A stretch of 63,963 bases of DNA, the filler included, from Basidioascus undulatus (Eukaryota): assembly GCA_000826855.1 (NCBI GenBank). It is 12 parts of 12 records of this genome, joined end to end, with 100 filler letters (N's around TTAATTAATTAA, not from the genome) between each part and the next. Parts side by side here need not be neighbours in the genome. Positions count along the whole stretch, not along the records: positions 50,010 to 53,521 come from JTLS01002397.1; positions 53,622 to 57,130 come from JTLS01002398.1; positions 57,231 to 60,731 come from JTLS01002399.1; positions 60,832 to 63,963 come from JTLS01002497.1; 8 more parts are not named here. One strand, written 5' to 3'. The position numbers and the translations under genes are program-made. The stretch's first letter is position 1. Each line of letters starts with the position of its first letter. Shown piece by piece: positions 50,010 to 62,121 of the stretch. The notes under the pieces were generated by a model. The model saw only the letters and a program-made list of their open reading frames with translations, ran no database searches and was not told the DNA's origin.

Positions 50010-52086
50010 CACGGGGCGGGTCGAGATCGGATGGCAACGACCCAGGTTACCACTACCCTCACGCAAGCTTATGCGCCTTTGCGCCACGCAAAATTAGTAA
50101 GGGTTCGGGAGGAAGCTGGCCATCGAGGAGACTCTGGGTGCGGCGGTCATCTGGGTGCCGCAACGGGCAGCATCGAAGCTCACGCACCCACTTCAAGAGT
50201 GCAGTTAAGACTGCCCGAGTACTGGGTCTGCACAGACCAGAGGGGCCCAGACCATTTAAACACTTGGAAGTGTCAGCCACGGGTATATACCTTGGGGACG
50301 ATCCACAGGGCTCCCGCTCCAGAGCTCGCCGCATGAGTCCGAAACCGACCGTTGCGTCCATAGTCTTCTCCCTGAGAAAGAGGTTCCTGTTTCTGCCTTT
50401 TCTTTTCCATGTGTGATAAACGGCGCTTTTGGCTACTTGAATTCAGGAAGACGGGCTTGCCGAACCGTCGCAATAAAGGCCGTTACTGGCAGGAACTTGC
50501 AGCACTCCTGCCTCCAGCTATCCGCAGCACATCGCCGGCATTCCTCACTCATTCAAGGCGACAGACTCTGCGGCATACCACTTAGAATCTACAAAGCACT
50601 CCAGTCAGCTTCACGGCTTCCATAGAGAAAGTCGGTGCTCGCTTGCAGCGCAATGATCCATGACCGACCAACGATTCGTCGCGCTTCGCGTTGTACTCCC
50701 ATTAGACAGAGCCGACCGACAACAAGAGATTAAAGCCTGCTATTCAGAACAACCTCCCCTTCCAGTGCCAGCTGTAGTCTCTCTCTAGGGATGTCGACGG
50801 AGACTTTGGCGCATTCTGCTCCAGTTCGGGCGTCGCACGGCACTGGCAACTGTGACCTTCTAGCCTGGGGACCGAGAAGCCTCACCCGCTTTTAGGCATA
50901 ACTCCCAGAATGCAGGGTAAGATCGGTTGGATACCAACGCAGCAGTCACGCCCTCCCGAGCTGACATTTCTGAACCTCCTACCTCGCCGAACTGGCTGCG
51001 GCTGCGTCTTTAAATTCGTCCCCGTACATGTCTTGCAGCACCCCAATCCCGGAAATTTAGGATACGTTTGGTGGTGCTGTAGCCAGCTTCAAGCGGTTGT
51101 CAATACCCGCCTGACTGTGCGGGGCGCCGCGGCAGAGATGGATGCGACCGAGTACCGAGCATGCCTAGCGAAAGCGTTCTCAAAGCCGGTAGACATACCA
51201 CCCGTCCCGACTATTATAAGGCAACGGTAACTTCTCTTTCACTCAGGAGTGGCGGGTGCCAGCGTGACACCGTCGCAACGTGGCTCCCCGCTCACACCCC
51301 CCGTGGGACTGCCTTTCCTGTTTGTTGTTGGGAGAGCCAAGCGAAGACACTGGATACACATTGATTACCAAACAGTTAATGCTCCCCTGACTGTGAGAAT
51401 ATCAGAATTCCCGCTTTCCGGACACCCGCGTCTAGATGCGACTCGCTCGGCAATCTTATCCACGGCCGGGCATCCGGGCACTGGAGATGTTGCGTTTGAG
51501 GCTTTGCTTTGCGAACCTCCCGCCAGACAGCGCCTTCCTTGGCCTCCTACTTCGACTTCTGAACTGGCGGAGTACCCACACGCGTCCACCCACTTTCCCT
51601 GGTCCCAGAGCCGAGGTCGGCGAACTGGTCTGAGGTTGCGGAGTGAAGGAGATGGATAGTTGTGGGGAGTTCCCTGAAGAGGAAGAGGATGAGTAACTTT
51701 GGGAGTATGGGGTGTGCGCGCCGCGTAGTAGCAGGGGATATGCCAGGGAGGGAAGCTGCCTGATCGCTCTGTGGCTCCACAGTCCATGCGCCGAGCCGAC
51801 ATGCTTGCCGTGTTGAGAAGCACTTCTTTCTATTTCTCAAGACGGTCTGATTCCCACAAAGCACCTCAAGAAACCCCATATCGGTCGGTCGGCACTCTCT
51901 GGACTCTGGCGCGCCACAAGCGATCACGCCAGAAGAAAAGAGAGTTGCGTGTGTATGTACGATGCATTGCGTGCTGCTGCTGTGGGTGCTAAACCAAACC
52001 AAGGCCGACAAGTGTTGGGGAGAGAGAGGGGGTATGCGAAGGATCGAGACCATGCAAAAGTCCGCCCGCCACCGCCGCCCCGCCGC

Positions 52087-52819
52087 TCACTTGCCGAGCT
52101 TGCGGCGTTCGGCGCGCTGGACCTGTTGTTGGGTAGGGTGATTAGGAAGGAGAACGAAGAGAGAGGAGAGGGTGGAGAAGGTGGAGGCGGGAGGAGGGGG
52201 GACCCACCTTCCTGCGCTTCTTGTACTTGTGCTTCGTGATCTTCTTCCTTCTCTATTGGCACGGTAGAAAATGAGCCAAAGAACGGGGGGTGGGGTGGGG
52301 AACGGAGAAGAGGAGAAGACGCACCTTCCTCCTAACCGAATCGAACGCGACGCTCTCTCCCAGCCTAGCCTGGACGTCGCGCCACTCGCTCTCCGCGCCG
52401 ACCCTGCTCTTGGTGATCGCCCACCCGAGCAGCCGTGCCGCAGCAGCCGTCTCATCCTCCTTCAACTGCGTAGCGGGCTCCCCGGGTGCCTGGAACGGCT
52501 GGCGCTCCGCAACATACTTCTCCGCGGGCGTGGCCGGCTCCTTGGGATGGGCGACCCCCAAGACGGAGGCGATAGCGGCGGAGGGGGACGGAGAGGGAGA
52601 GTCGAGGGAAAGCAGCGGCCGGTGCGCGGCGAAGAAGGAGTGCAAAGCGAGCGAGTCCCGCGTGGGCTGCGCAGGGGAGAGCTTGATCGGCAGGGCGGAG
52701 GTGGGGCGCGCTGGGGAGGACGAGGGAGGCTTGGACGCGGAGGAGATGGAGTACTGCCGGACTGCGACCGCTGTGCGTGCCGGTGCAGTGAGGACCCGCC
52801 GGAGGAGCGGGGTCGCCAT
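52087..52819 (-). CDS. Mitochondrial Cox24/mS38-like protein (basic C-terminal domain), 3 exons
   Basis: Presequence MATPLLRRVL..RQYS; C-terminal DSVRRK|RRKKITKHKYKKRRK|VQRAERRKLGK*. Confidence 0.8.
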
Positions 52820-53069
52820 GGCGTGGAGAAGGAGGAGTGGGTGATGAGAGTAGGAAGACGAAACGGAGGGAGGAGCGATATCGGCCCCGGACCGGACCGA
52901 TTTGTGTGTGACCTTCTTATGAGTTTGGGTCCGCAGGTCGCACGACGCGTGCATGTCGCCAAACTCGATTCGATTCCCGCCTCGCCTCGCCTCGCTCGCT
53001 TGACCATCAACAACGGCCACTCTCCTCTCGACTCGCTCACCCACGCATCCCAATACAAACTAACGCATC

Positions 53070-53480
53070 ATGTCCGTTAATAGCTGCTCACACACGTTGA
53101 AAGGGGTGCAGGATGCTGATCGATGGCGTGGGTGGGATCGCGCAGGGCCGGAATCTGCCGCGCGCGTCTTGCGGAGGAGCGCAAGATCTGGAGAAAGGAC
53201 CATCCGTTCGTGCGTGCCCCTTTCCAACCCATATCTAGTTAGAGACAGGCGCTGAGATGTGGGATGGGGCGGCCCAGGGCTTCTACGCGCGCCCCGCAAA
53301 GAACGAGGACGGCTCGCTCAACCTCCTCCTCTGGGAAGTTGGGATCCCGGGCAAGAACGGCGTGAGTCCCTCTCCCACCTCCTCTCCCTTCCCCCGTCTC
53401 CCCCTTCCTCACAGTGTTTTCCCCCCGCAGACGCCATGGGAAAACGGCCTCTACAAGCTCACTATGGCTTTCCCCGAAGG
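53070..53480 (+). CDS. UBC9: SUMO-conjugating enzyme Ubc9, 5' fragment
   Basis: [28 protein letters not shown]...[26 protein letters not shown]. Confidence 0.93.
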
Positions 53481-53521
53481 CACATCCCCCCCCTCCCCAG
53501 GCTAAGGTCTTACTGACCCCC

Positions 53522-53621
53522 NNNNNNNNNNNNNNNNNNNNNNNNNNNNNNNNNNNNNNNNNNNNTTAATTAATTAANNNNNNNNNNNNNNNNNNNNNNN
53601 NNNNNNNNNNNNNNNNNNNNN
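53522..53621. other. Artificial contig linker
   Basis: N44-TTAATTAATTAA-N44. Confidence 0.99.
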
Positions 53622-54790
53622 CCGCCCCGCCCCGAAGCGTCCGGACGTGCGCCCACAAGCGCCGAACCTCGTGCCGCAGGCGCCCAAGATCCCCAAGACG
53701 CCCACCGAGAAGGAGTCGACGCGGCGGCTGATCGTCGTGCTCGAGCGGGCGTGCCTCGAGACGTACAAGGTCTCGAGCGGGAGCGCAGGGCGGGGTGGGG
53801 CGGGTGGCAAGGACGCCAAGTACGCGCTCTTGAACTGCGACGAGCACCAGGGGATTTTGGCGAAGATGAAGAGGGACATTGCGGACGCGCGGCCGGACAT
53901 CACGCACCAGGTGAGTGCGCTCGCGGGCTTGACAAGGCTTCCTGCGTGGACGGCGAGGGACTGACGGGTGGTCGTGTGATCGCGCAGTGTCTTCTCACCC
54001 TCCTCGACTCGCCCTTGAATAAAGCCGGCTTGCTGCAGGTCTTTATCCACACGGCGAAGGGGGTCTTGATCGAGATCAACCCCCAAGTCCGCATACCCCG
54101 CACGTTCAAGCGTTTCTCGGGTCTCATGGGTGCGTCTTCTCATTGTGGCGATCCGGGCATGAGCACTGATTCCGCAATGGACGCTCAGTTCAATTGCTGC
54201 ACAAGCTGAGCATTCGGAGCATGAACGGGTCTGAGAAGCTCTTGAAGGTCATCAAGGTACGCCGGCTTCCACCTTGGCTTTTATCAGTTGTGCGACCGAC
54301 TCACCTCGCTTTGTGCTATCAGAACCCCATTACCGACCATCTTCCCACCAACTGCCACAAGATCAGTACGCCTATTGAGTTCTGCTCCATTCTAGACGAG
54401 CGACGCTGACGCCATCACCTCCTTGCAGCCCTTTCTGGCGACTCCCAAACTGTCCGACTGTCCGACTACTTCGCTACCATTCCTGAAGATCGGTCAATCT
54501 GCGTTTTCGTGGGCGCGATGGCACACGGGTGAGCCGTGCGAGCCAAGCTATTCTTCCATCGGGAACGCTGACCCTTTCTTCGACGCGTACTTCAGCGAGG
54601 ACAACTTCGCGGACCACCTGGTCGACGAGAAGATCTCAATTTCGAATTACTCTCTCTCCGCCTCGGTGCGTTTCCACCCATCAGGCGCACTTCCCCTAAT
54701 CACATTCTTTCTGACATTGTCTCTTGTCTCTCGCAGGTCGCATGCGGCAAGTTCTGCTGTGCGCTCGAGGACCTCTGGGGTGTCCTGTGA
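53622..54790 (+). CDS. EMG1: 18S rRNA pseudouridine methyltransferase Emg1/Nep1, 5' end cut
   Basis: [88 protein letters not shown]. Confidence 0.95.
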
Positions 54791-55124
54791 TCTTCCTTCG
54801 CATCCTCATCCTACTTTCAAGCCTCCCTTAGGTTTCTCTTGCTCGCCTTCAATGGGCCCCTCGCTAGATGGCGCGAATCTGACTCAACTCATTACCCATA
54901 TCGTTCTGATCCCCAACACACTGTACTTTTAACGCGCTGCTTGGTTGTTCATCATGCGGATTGTTTGCATAAGGCCCTGTGCGGGCGGTCGCCGGCTTGC
55001 TTGGCGGAACGCAGGCTAACTGAACCTTGACCTTGTCTTGCCGAGTTGGAAGAGACCTCAGCCTTGTGTACAGCATTAGGGAACGCCGGCTCATGCATCC
55101 AGTGAAACACCTTTCCCCCCCTCA

Positions 55125-55640
55125 TCATCGACATGGTGAACCAACGATCCTCTCGCTGCTTACCAGTGTGACGTTTGCGACTCCAGAAGTACCGGAAGGG
55201 TGACATGTTCTCTGGGTCCATGCCTCCTTACGGCCTCCTGCTTTAACTACTACGCCTTCACAGGATGAAATGCCGTTGGCAGCACAGAACGAAGCGGACG
55301 GATGGAGACAGCTGGCGGACCCTGCTCTCTTACTGGAATGCCGCAGGCCCAGCCGGTGGGTCAGATCCGGAGGCCGCGCGCAAGCGACCATAAGCCCCCA
55401 GTGCCCTGGTATCTGCTCTGCCGCTTTCTCGTACGCTAGGACGCCGTAGACGTCCTCGTCACACTTCCTCAGGTCGACAGACGAGGAGAACAGGCTCTTG
55501 GCGAACTGCGTAACGGCTATGGCGAAGGCTACGCCGGCCAGCACTGCAGCCGCCACGGCAGCCGCGGTGGACGGATCCATCCCCATCTTTGCCGGTGCAC
55601 TCGCAACTCCAGCGTTGGTGCTCCGGGGGTGTGGTTTCAT
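55125..55640 (-). CDS. Hypothetical protein with one hydrophobic segment
   Basis: AAAVAAAVLAGVAFAIAVTQF TM-like stretch; divergent from the adjacent kinase gene; frames uncertain. Confidence 0.3.
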   Translation of the reverse strand: MKPHPRSTNAGVASAPAKMGMDPSTAAAVAAAVLAGVAFAIAVTQFAKSLFSSSVDLRKCDEDVYGVLAYEKAAEQIPGHWGLMVACARPPDLTHRLGLRHSSKRAGSASCLHPSASFCAANGISSCEGVVVKAGGRKEAWTQRTCHPSGTSGVANVTLVSSERIVGSPCR

Positions 55641-55690
55641 TTTGGGGAGAGTATGCAGCGGGGTTAGGGTATGGCGAATACAGGGGTAAC

Positions 55691-56479
55691 ATGCCAACAG
55701 GTACTCAGGTACAACAGCGAACGGACTACATGGTGGTACAGAGGATTAGGGGTGCTACAGGGGGTTGCTAACGACGGCAGAGTCGCCCGCACTTACTTCT
55801 TGGTCCCGCCAGCGTTCGAGGCCCGGCCGCTGCTCCCCTGGCTAGTGGTCTGAGGCTTCTTGACATCACCTGCGTGGGTCCCGCTGCCCCGGGGAGGCCT
55901 TGTGAAACTGGGGAAGAGACTCACTACCTCAAGCGCTGTATGTACAGGAGGGGGATACAGAACCTACTCAAGGTCCGAGGGAACCCGTCCGTGATAGAGC
56001 TGCTGGGGCGTACAGAGGACATGCGGCTTGTATTCCCTAGGTACACGACCGACCTCTTCGAGTACGTAGTGAGCCATAGGGACACGGACTTCAGGAAGCA
56101 CGCAACATGGCTGCTGCAGATAATCTCGGGCCTTCAGTGGCTCCACTCACACGGAGTGATCCACAAGGACCTTGTGCTCAGGAACATAATGTACTCGGAG
56201 CCCGTGGTGATAGCTGACCTCGAGTCCAGGCAAACTTCGCTCGCCTGTAGGGCGCCTGAGATCTCCGCGGGCACCGGGTTCAGCCCAGCTAGCGACGTGT
56301 ACGCGTTGGGTTCCTGCGTGTGGCAGATGGAGAGGCACAACTACCGGAGACCCTTTGTGCCGGTAGAACTGGAGGGTCCGCTTGCAGAGGTCTTCTATGC
56401 CTGCAGAAGAGAGAGACCTGAGGACAGGCCGACGCTCGAGGAGCTCACCCCCGCTCTCGAGTCAGTAAGACGTCTGTGA
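55691..56479 (+). CDS. Small protein kinase (catalytic part intronless; 5' part frameshifted)
   Basis: YLKR, WLLQIISGLQWLHSHGVIHKDLVLRNIM, IADLE, RAPE, SDVYALG, RPEDRPTL. Confidence 0.8.
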
Positions 56480-56522
56480 GCACGGCAGACCACCCAACCC
56501 CAGTTGCCCTTCCACGGCAGCC

Positions 56523-57130
56523 ATGGTACACACGAGGCTCACAGCAGAGACGTGGAGCGAAGGTGCAGTCAGGGTTAAGGACAGAGTAGGTGATAAGGTG
56601 GTGTACTTTCTCACTAGAGGGTGGGGGAGCTACACTCAAGTACGAGCTCGACATGATGGGCATAGCCGCGTCGATAGACATCCTGTGCGCTGGTGTGCAC
56701 TCCTACGTACGGGTGGAGGACCTCGAGGTATGCGTGATGGAATATATAGAGGGCACTCGGCTGGCAGACCTCCCCGAGGCGACGGAGGCAAGGGCAGGGC
56801 TCGCGCTTTACACCAGGCTGATGGAGAAAGTTTACCAGCAGGAGGTGAGCATTAATTTCCCACCTGCTCTTCCCTGAGCCCGCGCGGCTAAAGGACTCCA
56901 AGGAACTGACTGTATCGCAGGTGGCTAGGGGCGCTCGGGACCCTCGCAGAAGTGACGGGGGCCCGGTGCTCTGCCGTGGATGTAGACAGGGCGTTGGATC
57001 ACTTCCCTCTCGAGAGGTGCACGTTCGCGCACGGAGATCTAAGTGAGGAGAATGCCATAGTGAAGGGATCCAAGGTGTACCTCATAGACTGGGAGTGCGC
57101 GGGGTTCCTGCCTCTTCACGTCTCTAGGTA
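56523..57130 (+). CDS. Aminoglycoside-phosphotransferase/choline-kinase-like (APH fold) protein; frameshifted, 3' end cut
   Basis: VMEYIEGTRL, FAHGDLSEENAIV, YLIDWECAGFLP; probable intron 56845-56920. Confidence 0.75.
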
Positions 57131-57230
57131 NNNNNNNNNNNNNNNNNNNNNNNNNNNNNNNNNNNNNNNNNNNNTTAATTAATTAANNNNNNNNNNNNNN
57201 NNNNNNNNNNNNNNNNNNNNNNNNNNNNNN
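57131..57230. other. Artificial contig linker
   Basis: N44-TTAATTAATTAA-N44. Confidence 0.99.
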
Positions 57231-57284
57231 CCTCCCACTCTTCTCCTTTCCCTCACTCCCCCTCCCCCTCCCCCTCCCCCGCAG

Positions 57285-57575
57285 CCCAAAACACTTCTCC
57301 ATGCACGCCGGGATGGGCGCCGCGCTCCTCTCGAACCCCCCTGTCCTGCTCTCGATCCTGCGTGCGCTCGTCTCCGCGCTCCCGCACAAGTCCATCTCGT
57401 GCAAGATCCGGCTGCTCCCGACGCAAAAAGCGACGCTGGAGCTTGTGCGGCAGATCGCGCACACGGGCGTCCGTGCGCTGACGGTGCACTGCCGCACACG
57501 CGAGATGCGCAGCTCGGAGTGCGCGCTGCTTGAGCGGTTGAGAGAGGTGCGCGAGGCGGTCGAGGGGGAGGGGGG
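57285..57575 (+). CDS. tRNA-dihydrouridine synthase (Dus2-like) internal fragment
   Basis: PKHFSMHAGMGAALL, ISCKIRLL, GVRALTVHCRT. Similarity stops at about 57575. Confidence 0.85.
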
Positions 57576-58659
57576 ATCGTGTCGATTGGGGACTCGGGCT
57601 CGGCGGTGCCGGGCGCGGGCTCCTTCTCCTCCTTCTGCGGCTCCTCCTCCAAAGCAGGCGGTGGCGAGTGCTCCCTCACGCTCTCGAGCGCGGTGCTCGC
57701 CTCGCGCTCTCGCTGCGCCGGCCCACCCACCTCACTCTCGTCCCCCTCGCTCTCATCGCTGAACTCGAGCCCATGTGGCGTGGGGGGAGGGACGAGCTCC
57801 CCTGCGTGTCCCACCGAAGCGCGCGCCTTCGCCTCCCGCTCCTTCTCCTTCGCCCAGCTCAACCGTTCGCTCTCCCTCCGCCGCTCGCGCTCGCGCGCCT
57901 CGCGCTCCTGCGCGCGCTGCGCCTCCGCCTGGGCCTTCTGCGCGAGGAGGACGCGCGCCTTGGCGTTCCGCTCGCGCGCTTCCTCGTCATCCTCCTCCTC
58001 CTCCGCCTCTTCATCCTCCAGGTCCGACAGGTCTGTGCGAGAGGAGCGGATCGAAGGCTCCCCACGGGGATCGGGGGCGGACGCGCCGTTTGAGCTTGAG
58101 GGGGGTGGAGGAGACCCAATCTGCTCGATCGCGTCTTGGATGTCCGTCATCGTCGCGCGCATGACAGGCCCGCCTTTCGCGTGGTCGTCGTCCAAGGCGC
58201 CCGAGGAGGGCGGGGCAGCAGCGGCGGGGGAGGTGGTTATGGCTGGGGCAAAGGCGGGCGCTGCAGGGGAGTGGCCGTTTGTCCGGGGGAGCACTGGGGT
58301 GGCGCTCGGGTCCGGCTTGGTCGGGGTAGTGTACGTCTCGGGGAAGAGGCCCTCTTGGCCTTTGCAGTTGCGGCCCTGCGGTGTGCGGTGTCAGACGGAT
58401 ATGGGATAGTGGAGGAACGGAGGGAAAGGGGAAAAGGGAGGGAGGAAGGAAGGTTACGCACCACCCACCAGCCATCGTTGAACTCGTCGTCCTTCTCGAG
58501 CACTACGATGCGCTCGCCGACAGAGAACGACACCTCGTCCGGGTTCTCCGCGATGAAGTCGTGCAGGCCTGGGGGTGCCGTGAGGAGCGTGTGTGAGTGG
58601 ATGAGATCGCGGGTCGCGGAGAGGAACGAGCACGCACCGTAGACGATGACCTCCGCCAT
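57575..58659 (-). CDS. N-terminal SH3-domain protein (Boi1/Boi2-like), truncated
   Basis: MAEVIVY|GLHDFIAENPDEVSFSVGERIVVLEKDDEFNDGWW|GRNCKGQEGLFPETYT, then VMRATMTDIQDAIEQI and a charged coiled region. Confidence 0.75.
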
Positions 58660-59540
58660 GCTGATCAGCTACCTCAGGCGCGTATAGAGAGTCGCGTTAC
58701 AGCCGTATGTGCTGGAAGCGGTTGATGATGATGAGAGTGGGTGCAGAGCAGGGCAGGGGCAGGGGCACAGGCGCAGGAGGCGTGCAGCGTGTGGACCGGG
58801 AAGGGAAGGCGTGCGCTCGAGCGGGGCGCTAGTCGACCAAGTCGCTCACTGGCTTTTGGTATAGGAAGGAGAGAAATAGGGGAAAATGAGAGTAGACTCG
58901 CTATGGAAGCGAGGATGCAGAGTGCGTCGGGATTATAAGCGTGAAGGAGCCGAGGTGATGAGGACGTGTGCGATCGGGTGGATGGAGAGGATGAGGATGA
59001 GGTGCAGAACCGGTCCTGCGCAGAAGAGGCGCGCGGCGGGCGGGCCGCAACGGTGCGGAGCAAAGAAACGTGCCTACAGGTTGGGTACCTAGTTCGGCAC
59101 TATGCGCGTCGAGGTGCGCCTCAACGTCACGCAACCATCGCAGGTCGACCGAGGATGCTCATGCCCGACGATGATTGTGTATATTTTGATGAGTTGGCCG
59201 TGGATGTACCCAACAGGGTGTTCGCTCGCCACAGCCGGCTGCGGTGCCTGCTCGCTCCGGGGGTGTCGAAACGTGTAGCTTTCAAGATACAGCATCCTCA
59301 AGGTCGAGCATGTCCATCCCGTCAACGTACAAACGCACAAACTTGAGCGAACAGCTCTTCCATCGTCCATAACACCCAGCTTACGCATAACCGGCCCGAC
59401 GCGCTGAGTACAATGATGGCGCGACGCAGCGCACCTCCACCCTCCAGGCTATCGCGCTTGACTTCTCCGTCCCCTTCCATACATAAACCACCCCCTTTCA
59501 CATCCGCGCCTTCTTCTCTCTTCAACCTACCAGTTCAACA

Positions 59541-60623
59541 ATGGCCGCCCCCGTCTCCACCTTCACCCTCAGCAACGGAGTCAAGGTCCTTTTCCTCCCC
59601 CCTATATCGCAGCCCAGGATGGGGTCGTGTTGCTGACGACCTGGGGGTGGTCCAGATCCCCTCTGTCGGCTTCGGCTGCTGGATGGGCGAGGCTGGCGCG
59701 GGGAAGGACCAGGAGCTGCAGAATGCCCTAAAGGCTGCTTTCGAGGTGCGTCTCCCCCTTCACCACCCCCCTTGCCTTCCCCTCCGTCTTACACCCTCAA
59801 TTCTTCCAGGCGGGGTACAGGCACTTCGACACTGTGCGTTAACCGGAGGTTAGGAGAGAGGGTGGGTGGTTGATGTAAGGAGGTGGGGTAGGCCCGCGCA
59901 TACGGAAACGAGAAGGAGGTCGGTGAGGCTGTTAAGGCGTCGGGCGTGCCGAGGGAGGAGGTGTTTGTTACCAGCAAGTTCTGGTCCGTCCTTCGCTCTT
60001 CCTTTCTTTTTCTTTCTTTGGCTCCTGGTAGGGTCTTGGACTGATCTGAGCGGAGTGGGAACAGGCAGTACGACCACGACGATGTTGCACGCGCGCTCAA
60101 GGCGAGCGAGGAGGACTTGGGGCTCACTCCGGACTTGTGCGTCGCTGTTCCCTCTTTCCTCCCCAGAATTTAAAGAAAAGTACTCACCAGCGAGGTTGGA
60201 ACAGGTACTTGATGGTCCGTCCCCCAGCTCTGACTTTCCACTTTGAAGCCGCTGACTGATGGAGCGGGAGGGCAGCACTGGCCCATGGCGACTGACAAAG
60301 ACGGTCCGTCCCCCATCCACACCCCACTTCACATCCGCTTCAGCTAATTTTTATGCGCGGTGTTTGAATCCCCAGGTAACCTTCGCGACGACATCACCTT
60401 CAACGAGACCTGGCGCCAGATGGAAGACCTATATCTTGCCGGTCCGTCTTCCCTCTCCATGTTCTCTCCCTTCTCTTCCACTCCCATCTTCCCGCAACCT
60501 CCCTAACCACTCTCTTTACTGCGGTGCACAGGCAAAGTCCGCGCCATAGGTGTCTCAAACTTCTCTGTCCAGACGCTCACCGCGCTCCTCAAGACTGCGC
60601 GGGTCGTACCGCAAGTGAACCAG
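59541..60623 (+). CDS. Aldo-keto reductase, 3' end cut
   Basis: [72 protein letters not shown]. Confidence 0.92.
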
Positions 60624-60731
60624 GTCCGCCACCATCCTCTCCCTCTCTCCCCTTCTCCCCCTTTCCTCTCTCTCTCTCCCCTTCCCCCCCTTTCCTCTCT
60701 CTCTCCTTTCCCCCCCCCCTTGCCCTCTCCT

Positions 60732-60831
60732 NNNNNNNNNNNNNNNNNNNNNNNNNNNNNNNNNNNNNNNNNNNNTTAATTAATTAANNNNNNNNNNNNN
60801 NNNNNNNNNNNNNNNNNNNNNNNNNNNNNNN
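60732..60831. other. Artificial contig linker
   Basis: N44-TTAATTAATTAA-N44. Confidence 0.99.
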
Positions 60832-61411
60832 GAGCGCTGCCGCGGCGCCGTGGATTCCACGGCCCAAGCCAACGTCCGAAGCGATGGCGCTCAGCACGTC
60901 CGACCCCCTCCCTGCGACACGCAACCCGCTCCACACCCGCACGATGTCTGCCCCCGGCCCGGACACGGCGCAGTGGACTGCGGCGGCGCGCCAGCTGTAC
61001 ACCCAGCCGCCGCTCGCGGGCACCGCAAGCGCCGCCCTCGGCGTCCCGTTCAGGACGCAGAGCTTCGGGGTGATAGGTGGGGAGCGGGGCGGCTCGCCGG
61101 TAGCGAGGACCGCGCCGCTGTGGAATTCCCAGGTGCTCCACCCGGGCGCTGTCGAGTCCATCAGCCCTTGCAACAGCCCTGTCTCCCACCCCGCCAACCT
61201 CCCTCCCCTCTGCACCTCGACTCTCAGCTCGCACTCTGGCGGGTCCTCCCCTCGCGCCTCTCCGACCGTGACGACCTTCCCGTTCGTCGTGCCTGCTTCT
61301 AATTCCCCCTTTCTCTCCACTCGCTCGGAAAGTCCCTTTCAGTTCCCTTTTGACGATGAGCTCTGCCGCGCCAGTGCGGCCCCCATCGCGTTTTGCATGC
61401 CCCCCTGCTAG
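60832..61411 (+). CDS. 3' end of an unidentified Ser/Pro-rich protein
   Basis: Open GC3-rich frame from contig start to TAG at 61409-61411, followed by T-rich 3'UTR-like sequence. Confidence 0.45.
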
Positions 61412-62121
61412 TAGTTCTGTGCCGTTACAATACCCTTTCCTTCGTTGTGCTCGAACGTCCGTGATAGTCTGTTGTTACCTTTCTTTCTCGTCCTCTTTGA
61501 TGCCCTACCGAGTTCTTTTTGTATATCGCTCGACATACCCATTCCTTTACCCGGACGTTGCTCATAATGTGCCAATGTTGTTTCCCGATGCCCTTCCACC
61601 GTACCTATCGAGTTCTTTTGGATGCGATTATCCTGTTCATTATCTCTTCGCTCTTCGCTCTTGGGTCTTTGTATTGTATCTGCCATTTTCATGTCGCATG
61701 CCATAGCGATACGATAAGTACATACCCTTTTCATGTCTTAATGTCTCGCCTGCCTCCCAGGGTGAAATTTTGCAGACCCTGCCTAGCCAGCCCTTGCCTG
61801 TAAAGCTCCACATGCTGGTGCATTCCATGTTTTCAACCAGTACTGCACAACAATAACACTGGACCACGCAAGGGAATGAATTGTGAGAGCCGGGTGGCTT
61901 CGCTGAAGATGGCACCATTAAGTCGGCAGCCAACGGCGGCAGTGCGTTGTGGTTGGGGTTTGCTGCCGGTCTTCCATCTGCTCCAAAGCTCTCCGTCCAG
62001 CTCCCGATAGGAGGGAAATGTAAATTTTCATACATCCATTGTCGAAAAAAAAGGCCAAGAAGGATGCGTTGGAGGTGTCCCGGTCAGGAAACTGGCCAAT
62101 TTGGCTTGTTTGTCCGGACAA

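Noticed and set aside
50010..51950. Several short ORFs in the first half of contig 9
   Set aside because: No recognisable motifs or consistent exon structure; cannot support a gene call.
39272..57130. Functional linkage of ligase, satellite block and kinase cassette as one viral element
   Set aside because: They lie on different contigs that were joined artificially, so adjacency carries no information.
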